Source of the DNA: Chiloscyllium plagiosum
Lineage: Eukaryota
DNA length: 64,000 nucleotides
Reading direction: 5' to 3'
NCBI RefSeq assembly: GCF_004010195.1
Contig: NC_057752.1
Location: forward strand, 5,385,223 to 5,449,222
Position numbers and translations under genes: made by a program. The notes below the pieces were generated by a model. It saw only the letters and a list, made by a program, of their open reading frames with translations. It had not been told where the DNA came from and ran no database searches. The stretch's first letter is position 1, and each line of letters opens with the position of its first letter. This document shows, one piece after another, positions 11,598 to 24,164 of this stretch.

Positions 11598-14500
11598 ACT
11601 GTCGAAACTACAAATTGTGTCCTGTTTTTTAAATAGAAGTACAAATAAATCAAATGCAAGTCTTTATGTACAAGTTTTTCCAGCAGTTAAAAATAGCTTA
11701 GTTAATGGAGACCTAATGAACCTTACAAATCATGTAACCTACAGCTTAAAGAGCAATTTAAAGTTTAAGCCAAGAAATGTTTACTTGACAATATTTAGAC
11801 CTTTTGGCCTTGAAGGAAAGCATCTTAACCTTTTGAGTAATACATTGTGACTTGCGTCACAGGACGCTGCTTTTATAAAATGTTGTAGCATCCAACTGAA
11901 TAAACAGTGGAATATTAAGTGATGTTCTGTAGTGAGCTGCACTATTGAATGCAGTTATACTCTTGCCCTTGTGCACACTTGGAGGTTGGCTCTGCCAATC
12001 TGTGCCCAGCTTTCTGAACTTGGGTAAGTGGGATGTACCCCTGCAGGAACTGTACATACAGAAACCCTGCAGGTAGCTCTAGAGTTTCAGCCGTATAATT
12101 TGAGTGAAATTTCTGCTGAGCAAAAAAGAAGTTTCTGTAGTTTCAATCCTGTTCCTGGTGGGCCTGATTCACAAAAAGTTACAGATAATTATGAATGACT
12201 TTGATGTAGAAGATTCCTTCACTTTGACTTTTCCAGGAATCTCATGGGCAACCCTACAACCACAGTCTCTCAAGGCACAACAGATATAGGTACTTTCACA
12301 AATGAAAAATTAAAAGCTCCCTGACCCGCAACTGGTCATGTAGAACAGACCCAGGCAACAGAAATGACTGACTGAGTGAGTGCGTGACTCATAAATATGA
12401 AAGAGGCAACTTAGCAGCATTCCCTTCTACTGATGCAATTGTCTGGCTTAACTACCTGAATATAAAATTATTGTTGCTGTACAAATCCATCCGCCGTAGT
12501 AAGCCAAACTGAATTTAGCACTTACTGACAGTGTCACGTAGGCAATCTTACAGATGGTTAGTGTGGAGGGTGACAGGCAGTAGAGTGCCCAACTGGCGCA
12601 GTCTTGTGAAGTAAGAGTTGAGGCACATATGGAGTAGTACGAAGGAAGTTTAGTTCTGCTTATGCCTATGCTATTTTCATGGGAGTGCATGATGCTGACA
12701 TTGGGCGTCTGAAATGACAATTACTCTGTTCTGCATTAGTACCATCACTTGCCTTGAACACAAAAAAAATGTCATTTAGTTTATCCATTTGGCTTGCTTT
12801 CCATGTTGTAATTACACTGATTCGCTTCGCTTGCCTCTCATTAGGTCTTCACTTTTAGTTTCTGTTAGGTTGTGTTTTTGTATAGTTAGTTTTGAGATGT
12901 CTCTCATCAGTTTACTCAACTGCTACCACTCCAACCATTGTTCCCCCCCCTCCACTACCTCCATCATCCCTTGCTAGCTGTGCTGAGAGATGTGCAGAAG
13001 GGTGAAGGAGAGAAGCTGATGCGTAAATAGTTATCATGGATGATGCTGCAGATGGGTAAAGGATTTTTGATTGGTGGGACGAACAGGGTGAGGGAATGAG
13101 GAAGCCAGAAGGGAGTTGTACAATTTGGTGTGTTCATGAGAAACTACAACATCTCTGTGAAAAACGACCTTCTACTGAAACACTTACCCCAACTTGCTGC
13201 TTCATGCCCTCATCCACTGTTGATACTCCTCGTAAAAGTGGCCACTTCTCTGTGTATATATATCTTTACCCACCAACTATCAGACCCCTATTATGAAAAC
13301 TATATCTCTCTAGTGCACTCTAGTGCTCTTTTCTATTGATTACACTTCCCATGCTCCTATTTTCACTGGCTTTATCTTTCTTTCATTTGGGCATGTTTGC
13401 TCAGATGCACACCAAAATTAACAGCAACATTTCTTCAATATGCACTGACATTTTTCAGAAATGTAAATGTTACATATATAAAGAGATTCTCCAATTGAAA
13501 TCGTGAAAATATTTAAATTGGAATTGTATTTTTTTAATAAGCTAAAAACCTTTCAATTTGCGTTCATTTTTCAACTAAGTTAAATTGATTGCTCAATTTT
13601 GCTCCATTGCATTCTCAATTGCAGCATGTGAAAATAGCATTCAATTGTGGATTTGTGGACGAAAGATACCATTGACAGTACTTTACAATAAAGACGCCAT
13701 TTGATGTATTCAATTAATGTCGATTATTGATTCTTATACTGTATTGTGCATTACTAGAGATAAAACAGCGTATCCTCAGACTCAACATGAGCAACGTAAC
13801 AAGAAGGGGGTGTATGCTAGCAAATTGTCAAATTCTCCTCATGATTCAGCTCTTGTAAATGATTAGCTGAGGTACAGTTTAGATTAAAGAACCAGGGAGA
13901 AGTGAGGATTTTTTTTTCTGCAGCTCATTGTGAGCTGAAATGCCCTGCTTGAAAGAACGGTGGAAGCAGATATAATCGTACTTACAATGGGAAAATGGGT
14001 ATATACTTGAAAAGTTTTGGAGAGCTATGGGAAAAGAGCAGGAGTGTGACTAAGTAACTGTGGCTTGCATAGAGACTTAGCAAGTTGGACGAGAGGGCTG
14101 CCCCGTGTTACATTCTTTTATAAAAATCTCGGTCTCACAACTGGATTGGAACTTACATTCCAGATTGTCATAAATATGCTACAAATGATTTCTTCAGCTG
14201 CTCTGTTTTTTGTATTAAAAAGAGATTAGTGGAAATTACTGTAACCCCTTTTAGGTTGCCAACTTTTTCACTCAACCAGTAAACATATACAGGGTAGCAA
14301 ATGTGAGAAGTGCTTTTAAAAATATATTTACATTGACAATTGTGAGCTCTGTTGGAAGTACACCACTGTTTTATGTGAGGCCTAAAGTCAGTTTGTTACC
14401 TGTGTTTTTAGTCTGGTTTTGAGTTACAGTCTGCCTTTGATGCATTTGTGACTGGTGTTGTGAGCGAAGCCACAGTAGATGTATTTTTATGGGATGGGTA

Positions 14501-16557
14501 CAGTGGAAAGAAGCTTCTCCCTGCTGCCTATTGTCTTGTTAATTGTGTGCTTGCCCGTCTCCAATCCACATATGCTGATTTCTGTCCTATCTCTTTCTGC
14601 TTCTGGTGTGCTTATGCTGATTTGTCTGCCCTTTTAATAAAATGCTTGATCGGTCTCTAATATTTTGCCTTGCGCAGATTCCTAAAGTGTGTTGGCTTTG
14701 TGGTACTTAGTACCCATGTCATTGTCAGAATTAGTGACTGACTAGATAAACAGCAAAATAGAATCCAGGAATGTTGAGGCCTTTTTGTTTTAATACCTTG
14801 TAATAACCAGATCTGGAAAAGCTTTCCAAGTTTTTCTTTGTAACCCAACCCTCTCTAAGGTTGGATGAGCCAATCGATTTAAAGCAATAAATGAAGCAGG
14901 TTCAGAGGAATTAATGAAATATAATGCCATCTAGGCCATGCCTATCCTGCAAAATACTGTATTCTTGTTTTATAAAATACAATTCTTTTAAAACCAGGAA
15001 AGCAAGCCAGTCACATCTTTCTGGGAGTTCCTGCCCTGGAACAATAATTTAGAAGCAACTGTAACTGTTCTATAATTGACTTCCAAGAATTTACCTATTT
15101 GCCCGTTTTGCCCAATTCCTCACAGTATTTGAGGGCAATCCTGTGGGTAAGCTATATTAACAACAGCTCCACCTTAGCAGTTAACCATCACAACTGTGCT
15201 CTAGATTAGGAGGTGATCTCCTATGGCACTGCTTTAATTTGTTTAAGCCACTGGAATACTATATCATATGTATGCCTCTGCTAATTCACATTTTCTGAGA
15301 AATGCTGAATTAGTGTATTTAGAAATACAGAAATTGTGATTGAGGAAAAAATTAGAGTTACCTAGTTTTTTTCCCCCAAATTTCATAAAATGTAGCATGA
15401 AACTTAAAAGATATGAAACTACAGATTCATGCAGTAATCTAACTAGAGGTGACTGTTGGAGAATAATAGATATTTAATTTGATTGTTGCAAGCCTGCTTC
15501 CTCTTTGTGTTGGCGCATCCATATTTGGGACATTGCAAGAGATAATGGGTCATGTTTTTTTCCTCCCTTTTTAATGTTATTTAACTTAGGTTTCACCACA
15601 AACTTGTGCACTTTTCCAACTATCAAAGTCCCTGTTCCTTCCATAATGGCACTGCCCCAATGGTGAGCTGAGTTGAAAATTTAACGCACCAATTGAATTT
15701 GAGTGAAAGCAAAATACTGCAGATGCTGGAAATCCAAAACAATCAGAATGCTGGAGAAACTCGGCAGGCCTGGCACCATCTGTCGAGCGAGAAAGAGCTA
15801 ATGTTTAAAGTCCAAAATGACACCGCTTAAGAATTGAATTTGAGTAATTGGTTGGAATATGTACCACCTCAGTAATAGTTTGAAGTCAGTAGGTTGAAAC
15901 AGTAATATTATACAGTGGAAAAAGGTAATATTAATTGCATCTCCCCATTCTCATTTTCTGTTCATGCTTGAACTTCGGTTTGTTTAGAAACAGTATTCTA
16001 GTCGATATTTACTTCAATCTGTCGTATATCTCTTTCACTTCTTTACGCACAAATGTTTTACATTTGTTTTAACCTTCTTTCCTTGTGTGAATTTTTCCAG
16101 AATTGTTTCAAGTTACCAAGCTACCTTGCTGTCTTTTTGATTGTAAAAGCTAGGCTACCTTTCTTTGTTTGTGAAACGCAGGGCTTTTGTGACTGCGTTC
16201 TTAACTGATTATTTGGTTAGGAGCTATTTACATAGTCCATTTAATGTGTCCTTTACAGATATATCTGTGGTTTTGGTCCACACTATTTAGTCAGTCCACT
16301 GCACTGACCACCCAACTAATTTTTAGAATCCAGGCTTTCTGGCTAACCTGATATCTGTAGAGACCCTGAAATATTACAGGTCACTTTGAATTTTGACACA
16401 ATTCTTATTTGCTTTGAGCCATGCACAGTGATTGGGCTGTGTTATTATGCTGTAGAGATGGTTGTGGACATTTTAGGTTGGAAAGGCTTAAATGGCTTTT
16501 GCTTGCCACTGTTCAATTTTTTCCCTTTTTGTTTTTATTGTACTTTTGGGTTTTTAG

Positions 16558-16605
16558 GTTTCGATCTCAGTCCTTTCCACGCAGACAGCTCCCTCTCTCC
16601 CTTTG
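16558..16605 (+). CDS. KMT2D: Candidate alternative KMT2D cassette exon, 48 nt, phase 1->1
   Basis: Long U-rich tract, ttttag|GTTTCG ... TTTG|gtaagc; open frame (G)FDLSPFHADSSLSPF; symmetric phase fits the neighbouring exons. Confidence 0.65.
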
Positions 16606-19600
16606 GTAAGCAGTCAGACCCTCTCGCCACTCTTTGCGTGTTCACATGTTAACATCAGTAGTTTGTACCTGGGTGCTTGTATGTCTGCTTGCGTTTTCAT
16701 AGAGGATCTTCACATGATATCACCAGTCTATTCAGTGGGTTGCTGGACAAGTACTAAAATTTGTTTTAGCAATTGTGAACGTAAAAGCCAATCAAGATTT
16801 TTCTGCTTTCCTGCCTTTCAATTCTTTTGAAACTTTATCTGTAAAATGCATGTGAAAATCAGTTTGCATTCACAAACTATCTCAGAAGTAACAATTGTGA
16901 TCTTGGATTGTCCTGCATCATATTTTATACCTAATCAAATATTTGTATTGTTGTAAAGGTATGATAACTTGAATAAAATATGTTGAGGCGCGGGAATTTT
17001 TCCAATGACTACTGGTAATCTAAGCATGTGTAAGTTATGTCACTGATTCTTGGTTCAAATTCCACCTATGGTAATAAACCAAGATTTGAAAAAGATGAAT
17101 TTTGTTTGCACCGCCACGTTTATTTGACAAATGATTTGACAATTTGTTCAAAGATTTCCAGTCTGTTTTAAATGGAATTTATAGGAGCTCTCGATATCCA
17201 AATTGATAAGTCAACCATGCAGTACATACCTTAGCCTTAACAGCTGAAAGGGTCCCAGATTTGATTTCTGGCCTGCATATAGACTAAGTTGACCCTCGCT
17301 TTGTTACAAGATGATGTCACATTATTCTCACTCCTAATCACCATCCATTGTCCCCAGCTCCCCACCCCCAGTGTCAAGAATGCGCTTGCAGATTTTGAAT
17401 GAGGTCAGCATTGGGTTTGGCTATAATCTACAATGTCAAATACCCTGCAGAACTTCAGTGTGGCAAATGGCTACGTGGAATGAATTACTGTAGGGTTGTC
17501 AGCACCCAGGTAGCTATCTCAGCAGCTGTAATTTTCCATTAACAGAGGAGGGTGAAGTACAGAATTAAGTATGTTAATGTGTTTGGAGACTTGATGCAGT
17601 CACAGTTCAGCCAAGCCGTGTACAAGGAACTGAATTGGTTCCTGTTAATTGAAATAGTTGACATTCAGCTAATGATCTGTTTATTTTGTTATCTCCTGCA
17701 GTATTGAGCCATGAGATGTCATCACGATTGTAAAAGTAAATCTGGAACTCTACTAATTTTGATTACTGCAGACCTTTAATAGAATTTGTGTTGACTGTTG
17801 CCTGATACATGTATTCCACACTATGGTGGGACAGTGCATATTTTCTATTTAAATCTTCGTCGTGGTTCAGTGCAAGTGGAATTTAGCTTTACAAATTATT
17901 GCCCATCAGAGGAACCTGTAAAATCTTGAATAGTTCATACAAAGGTTTCCCAGCCTATACAAAACAACTGGGTGGGATGAACTGTTGAACACTGACAGTT
18001 AAGTATATGCACAAAGAATTGGACATCATGATGTACTTATAATTCTAATCCTGAGGAGAGTTTGGAACACAATTTTTAAAAAAAATTAAAATCATGAGAT
18101 ATTATTTGTTTTGCAGTCTAGCAGGTTTAGAACAGCCCTATGTCTTGGGTCTGCTAAATTCAGTTGGAGATAACTCCTGCGTAAGGTATATCGCAGAATG
18201 CAACCCCAGCCAGCCAATGTGGAATCGTGTAGCTATAATTCTCTGCGCTCCAAGCTTGAAGAGGATGTATGAAGCTCAAGCGTTATGTAGGGAAGGAAGT
18301 GGAGGAAAGCCAAAGTTAAGCTGATTATTTGCTTGCAGTTTATGCTTATCTTTGCTGCTTGCCTTGAGAAAAAAATTCCTTTCACTTATGTGGGCAGGTT
18401 GTGTCCAAATCTACTTGTATAGTGCCTGTATCTTTCATCACAATAAATTTGATTTTACCTATATCGCGACTAATGATGCACCCCTCCATGTACTGTTTTC
18501 CTGTTGTAACCACAAGGCAGCTTTGCCCACAAAATTGACTCTGATTTATTACTTCATCTGAAAGTTGACAAGATTTGTGCTGAGCTTATTCAGAGATATT
18601 GAATTCCTGCTTCAGAAAGTATATTAAGATTTGCACACCAAACACAAGTTCCAGAGGCAAGCAGGGCTGTGTGAAACTGCTGGTAGGCTGCAGACATTTT
18701 AGATTAAGTCAGAATGTTGACATGCCACATTGCCAGTGTGGTCAAGCTCAACTTTGTGACATGCATCATTCATTAGCTTTTTGTAGATGCATTTTCACTG
18801 ATCCGATTTGAGTACTAGCTCTTCATGCTCTCTGGTGGTCTCTCTTGTTATATATGTTACACCAAATACATTCTCCCTCCTTTATAATTTCTCCCTGTCA
18901 CTGGCATGTGCAAGATAATCCAATTCAATTGTTAAAGTTAAATTTAAATCTAAGATTTTTGAGAGATATGGGCCCATTGCAGACATATGGAGTTAGGCCA
19001 CAGATCAACCATGATCTGATTTGAATGGCAGAGCAGGTTTGAGGGGCTGAATAGCCTACTCCTGTTCCTATGTTCTTTTCCTTGATAGTGTTAGAATTTG
19101 GTAAAATGTTCTCTTTCAGTGCCCAAATATTCCTTAAATTTAATTTGTTCTTTCCAAGAGAATTGAAAATGTTTAGCTTTGATTTATCACCATTTAGAAA
19201 ATGGACAGATCATTATTGAAATAAGACTCCTCCTTGAAATCTACATTTCCAATGATTTTGCTTTGGTGTTGAAAGCTCACTAAAATTAAGACCATAATTT
19301 TAAATAGAATCCTCAACTAATTTTAGTGTTTTTGTTTTCTCCTGAAGTCGGTGTTTGAAATGTTTTCCAATATTTAATCCAAGTGACCTTCATTAATTTG
19401 GGAGCATGGTTTTGTTGGCATTAGCAGTAAATTCTACTGATTGTCAGTGCCTCCAGACACTGACATCAATTATAACACTATCAGACCAGGAATAATGTTT
19501 AGGACCTCTGATCTGCAAAGTGGTTACCCACTGCCTTTACCAACTAAGCCATTGACAGAAGCTTTAGCTCACTCTCTTTAGATTGACCTTTTAGAATCAC

Positions 19601-20175
19601 AAATGACAATAACTTATGAAGCTTGAGTTTGTTTCTTGTGGGCTGACAATAAAATTCAGAAGCAACTAAGCCATCAAATATCAGTGTATCTAACCAGAAG
19701 CAGTGCTTATTGCAATGTGATTTGGGCATGGTCTATGTTTTGTTCAACAGTAAATAAAAGATGCCTCACTATTGTGTTGTGCTCCACTTTGCATTTGAGT
19801 AGGAGTAAAGCTCCAATCTTTGGTTGAATTTGATCAGTGGGTTGAGGATGGAAATCTGCCTATACTCGTGTATCTTGGTATTACTTGGTTGTGAATGTTC
19901 TCACTACCAGTCATGTTGGACTGCTTTGAGTTTGTATTTGTTATTTTATTAATTTCCTGCCAATAGATATTTCTTTAAAATTGTTTTCTGTCTTTTCTTT
20001 GAGAATGGAAAGGAAGTTGGTCATGTAGACCTAAAGTTTGAGTAGGCAATCTGCAAAATTTTTTCCATTTCCTTGCTGTTTTGTGTTGTTGAATTCAGCT
20101 CCATTTTTCACAACTTCGCAACTGCTGGAAAAAAAAATTTGTTCAGTAACTTATCACGGTGCTCCTTTCTTTAAG

Positions 20176-20313
20176 CTGGGATTGACATCTCATCCGTTAC
20201 GGATGAGCTTTCAGCCAATCATCCAAATGAGAGCTCAAAGCGAAATCAGCCTTTCAATGATGTTCCAGTGGAGGGTGCCCTCAGCTCAGATCTTGACAAG
20301 ATTGTAACAGAAG
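20176..20313 (+). CDS. KMT2D: KMT2D exon (~exon 25), 138 nt, phase 1->1
   Basis: ctttaag|CTGGGA ... GAAG|gtaggt; ends VEGALSSDLDKIVTE (human EGMLSSDLDRISTE, recalled). Confidence 0.9.
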
Positions 20314-20989
20314 GTAGGTCGAAAAGTGTTGTGTGAAAAGATCATGGAGGGTAAATAGTGATAGTTGTTTTTGGGGCTTGGTAGAGCTGCGATTCAAAAA
20401 TGGTGTAGAATTTTAGGGTAGTGTCTCAACTGCAGTTTGCTTTTTGGTGTATGTCTGGATAACGTTGGGATATAGCTGTGTGTTGTGGAGTTCACAAAGA
20501 GGAGTTTTTTTTGGGTACTCAGTGATGTAAAATCTTCCCTAAGTCATCTAAAGTTGCACTTCAAAGCTGGTGATTTCCTTTTCTCCCTAGTCATGTTGCT
20601 GCAAAGTGGTTTTCTCTGGGTCAGTCCCTCGACATTGTTCCCTTATCTCCAAGACTGACTTGACCATGTTTGACTATCTTATCATTGGATATGGCTGGGC
20701 GATATAAACACGATCAGCTAAAGCCACTCATTAGTCCAGGATCATACCAAAGAGTGAACAACCCACGTGCACATATGCAGCTTATTTGCTTTATTTCCAA
20801 CTGTCTTCTGAAGCTACTTTATTCCTTCAAGTGCAAGAAGCTCATGGATTCTAATCTCAGTATTGTGTATCCATTCAGCCAGGAACCTACATATTTAATT
20901 TGTCTGTCTGTCTTTTCCTGTGTCCTCTCTGCACAAGTGGGCACACAGACCCATGCATGCACAGCCTGAGATCCACCACCTGCACCTCA

Positions 20990-21990
20990 ATTGTTTCTAC
21001 TAAGTTACTACTCACTCAACTTCTTTTGCTGGTTCCCAAGCTGACAGATGGTTTCCTTTCCTCTAGTTACTGTGTACACCCTCTCCTTCAAAGCTATTGC
21101 TGTCAAATACAAACCTGCTTCTAAACCCTCTCTCAGAAAACTACTGTTTCAGCTCTAATCTACCTCTTTCCCCTTGAAGTTTTGAAAGTGTTATTACTTC
21201 CCAATCTGTCTTTTGCACATGCTTGAATCTTAACAAATTGTTTGTCTCATAAAAGCACTAAAAGGCTCTAACCAAAGTGTAAGTAACATCCTGTCACTGT
21301 GATGTATTCTCATTCCATATCCCCCTCATCCTTGTGTGTTAAATATTGGGAAGTCTGAAGTTTTTTGTCTTGTCCTCCTACCGCAAATTCCATCCCCTTT
21401 TCCATTAACTGTTTTTGCCTCAACGTAACTGTTTGTTTTTAGCCTTGGCTCCAGAATCAACCCCAGTTTAAGTACCAACCCCACACACACTCTCCCATCA
21501 CAAAAAGACTGCCTACTTCCATCTGCATGACATCACCTCTCTCTCTCCTTCTGTCTCTGTCTCAGTCCACCTGCTACTGAAGCCCTCATCCATATCTTTG
21601 TACTGTATATTCAATTATTCTGATTCTGTCCTACCATTCTCAGTACTTTGTAAACTTTAGTTCATGCGCGCCTCTGCCCAAATTTTATTCTGTGCTGTTT
21701 GTTTGTTAACTTCCAGTGGTTCCTTGTTCAACAATGCCTCTGTTCTCTTAACCTTGTGTTTAAGCCTATTTATGGCCTCCCTCCTCTCTGGCTTTGTAAA
21801 CATGGCTGTGCCTTCAGCCACCTAGATCCTTTGCTTTGCAATTTCTTCCTTAAACTCCTCTGTCTTCCTACTTCCCTTACTCCATTTTTAAGGCCTTGCT
21901 TAAAGCCACCTCGTTGTCTTTGCTTGTACTTCCTTCTCCGTGTGGTGTGCATGTTTGATGGCACCTCTGTAAAGGGCTTTGGATGCTTTT
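20990..21990 (+). mobile_element. Highly decayed L2-like LINE fragment
   Basis: Remnant frames KTAYFHL.DI and LSPPATEALIHIFV near 21505-21600, typical of the L2 ORF2 C-terminus; boundaries approximate. Confidence 0.5.
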
Positions 21991-22545
21991 CTTTTGGTGA
22001 AAGTCATATTTCTATTGTTACTTTACTTGGCATTGTAATTTTATTTTGGCAAGTCATCTCTCTCAAGGCTGCTAACACTGTTTGCGATATTCTGAAGTGG
22101 TCTTCCCCATCATTTGAGAGGGTTTCACAGCTTTGTGTTTCCAATCAACTGAATGTAGATCGTGTATGCCCATGTGATTGTGTTCTTGAAAACTTTGCGC
22201 GTCAAGTTGTTGCACTTTATCACTTTCTCATGAAAATTAAATGTAAGTGTTGTAGTTGGTTTCTGTAGGACTTTTCTCATCAGAAAAAAAGCATGAAACT
22301 GTTGAAACTTTTTTTGTTGAAGTACTTCACGTGACCTAATTTCTATATTAGTAAATGCATCAATTTTTAAAATGAAGTAAGCTTAAAAATGTAAGTGAAA
22401 TGTGGTCATTTTCAATTTCCAAAACCACCCACTTGCCACATATCCTGATCTCTCACTCTGCTGCCAGCCCTTCCCCTACCTACCATCTGGTTGAGCCCCT
22501 CCCATCTTGCTGCTGACTCTCCTGGCTCCTGTTCCCTGACTGTTC

Positions 22546-22567
22546 GTGTGTGTGTGTGTGTGTGTGT
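22546..22567. repeat. (GT)11 microsatellite
   Basis: Directly visible. Confidence 0.95.
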
Positions 22568-23568
22568 CCTGAACCCTTAGTGTGAGCCTTTTTAACCAGT
22601 CAACTCTAGCCCAATGTCTTCAGCGTTCTCAATCTGTTGAGTTGATTGTCCTGTAGGATATGTTACCAGGAGAATTCTGAGCAAAACTAGACCAAGCTCA
22701 TCACAAACCCAGTAAAAAGAGCATGCCTCCTTCATATCAAAGCAGCTGCTCCTGCTCATCTCTAGAGCACTCATTCACACTAAAGGTTTACAAGATCTCG
22801 GGAGCAGGCGGTTCAATGGGATAGCCAGTGTGGCAGAAGTCAGAAGGTAGGCAACTAGAGAAGGAGCCCACAAGTCAGATGGTCAGCATGAGGGAAAGAA
22901 ATGTCAGAAGCAGTGGAAACCACTCTTAAATGGAGGCAATCAGGTGTCATGGCCCTGCACTCAGACTGGTAAGAAACAACACTACAAAAACTTTGAGTCG
23001 TCCCTAAATGAGAATACAGGACCCATTAATTTAGTGTTAAAGAAGAACAGTGGAAAACGAGGGCTTCCTGTATAGGAACTTCAAGGGAATAACTGGTTTA
23101 TGTCCACCGACATGTGGTTAAACACAATTAAAATACAGTTAACATAAGATTTGTTAGGAAGAGCCTCTGGGAGCATGCAATATGGATAACCTGACTGCTA
23201 GTTGGGCTCGGAGGTCAAATTACCAGGAGCTATTACGCAATCCAATGTTCCTCTCCCTGGAATGTAGAAGATTTAAGTAGTGATTTGGTCCAAGATTTCA
23301 AAAACTTCAGGTTGGGATTGTTGGACTAGAGAACGCATAGTCTGAGTGAGAACCAGACTTTTCAAGAATTTATTTAGGAAGCACCTCTACACATGCGTAT
23401 CTCTTTTACAAATGGCGATTGATGCTGGACCAGTTGTATTAAGGGGCATGGGGAAAAGGTGGGTTTATGGAGTTCGTTCTCAGACCAGTCATGTTCATTG
23501 ATTGATGGAACTGGCTTGAGGATTTTGTTTAGATTACTTGATTGATGGAACTGGCTTGAGGATTTTGT

Positions 23569-23871
23569 TTAGATTACTTAGTGTGGAAACAGGCCCTTCA
23601 GCCCAACAAGTCCACACCGACCCTCCGAAGAGCAACCCACCCAGACCCATTCCCCTACATTTACCCCTTCACCTAACACTATGGGCAATTTAGCATGGCC
23701 AATTCACCTAACCTGCACATTTTTGGACTGTGGGAGGAAACCTGAGCACCCAGGGGAAACCCACGCAGACACTGGGAGAATGTGCAAACTCCACGCAGAG
23801 AGTTGCCTGAGGCGGGAATTGAACCCGGGTCTTGGGTGGCACAGTGGTTAGCACTGCTGCCTCACAGCGCC
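23569..23871 (-). mobile_element. tRNA-derived V-SINE/HE1-like element with an inverted 5' head, inserted in a CR1 3' tail
   Basis: The minus strand reads GACCCGGGTTCAATTCCC (B box) ... TGGAGTTTGCACATTCTCCC; the A-box head GGTGGCACAGTGGTTAGCACTGCTGCCTCACAGCGCCA is on + at about 23834-23871. Confidence 0.85.
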
Positions 23872-23975
23872 AAAGTGGCTTACCTCATTCCTCTGTGTCT
23901 CAATAAACTTGTGGTGTGCCGATGTTGAAAATTAGTTTTATTGTTTTAGCAATAACAAGTTTGTTCTTCTTTTAG

Positions 23976-24164
23976 AACTAGCACAAATGGAGAGTAAAGA
24001 TGTACAACAGCTCTTCACTGATGTTTTGGGATCACAGGGAAATCCTCCACTTTCAGAATCAACATTAGGTGGTATTCGAACTGCCTCCGAAAGCCATCTA
24101 CTCACTTCTCATGGCTTGGGAGAGCTTATTAGACCTTCAGTATGCCAGCGGGGTCTCCTTCCTG
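23976..24164 (+). CDS. KMT2D: KMT2D exon (~exon 26), 189 nt, phase 1->1
   Basis: ttttag|AACTAG ... CCTG|gtaaga; encodes (E)LAQMESKDVQQLFTDVLGS. Confidence 0.93.

Noticed and set aside
16101..16142. 42-nt in-frame exon candidate after a ~95-nt AG-free tract
   Set aside because: The acceptor is plausible but the donor ATT|gtaaaa is very weak, and there is no homology support.
18117..18185. Exon candidate with clustered acceptors (GCAG/CTAG/GCAG) and GTAAGG
   Set aside because: No acceptor/donor pair gives a stop-free phase 1->1 exon, and there is no other support.
21699..22268. 189-aa ORF (likewise 62879..63367 and 63387..63794)
   Set aside because: Leu/Cys/Phe-rich translations of pyrimidine-rich decayed repeat sequence with no recognisable domain.
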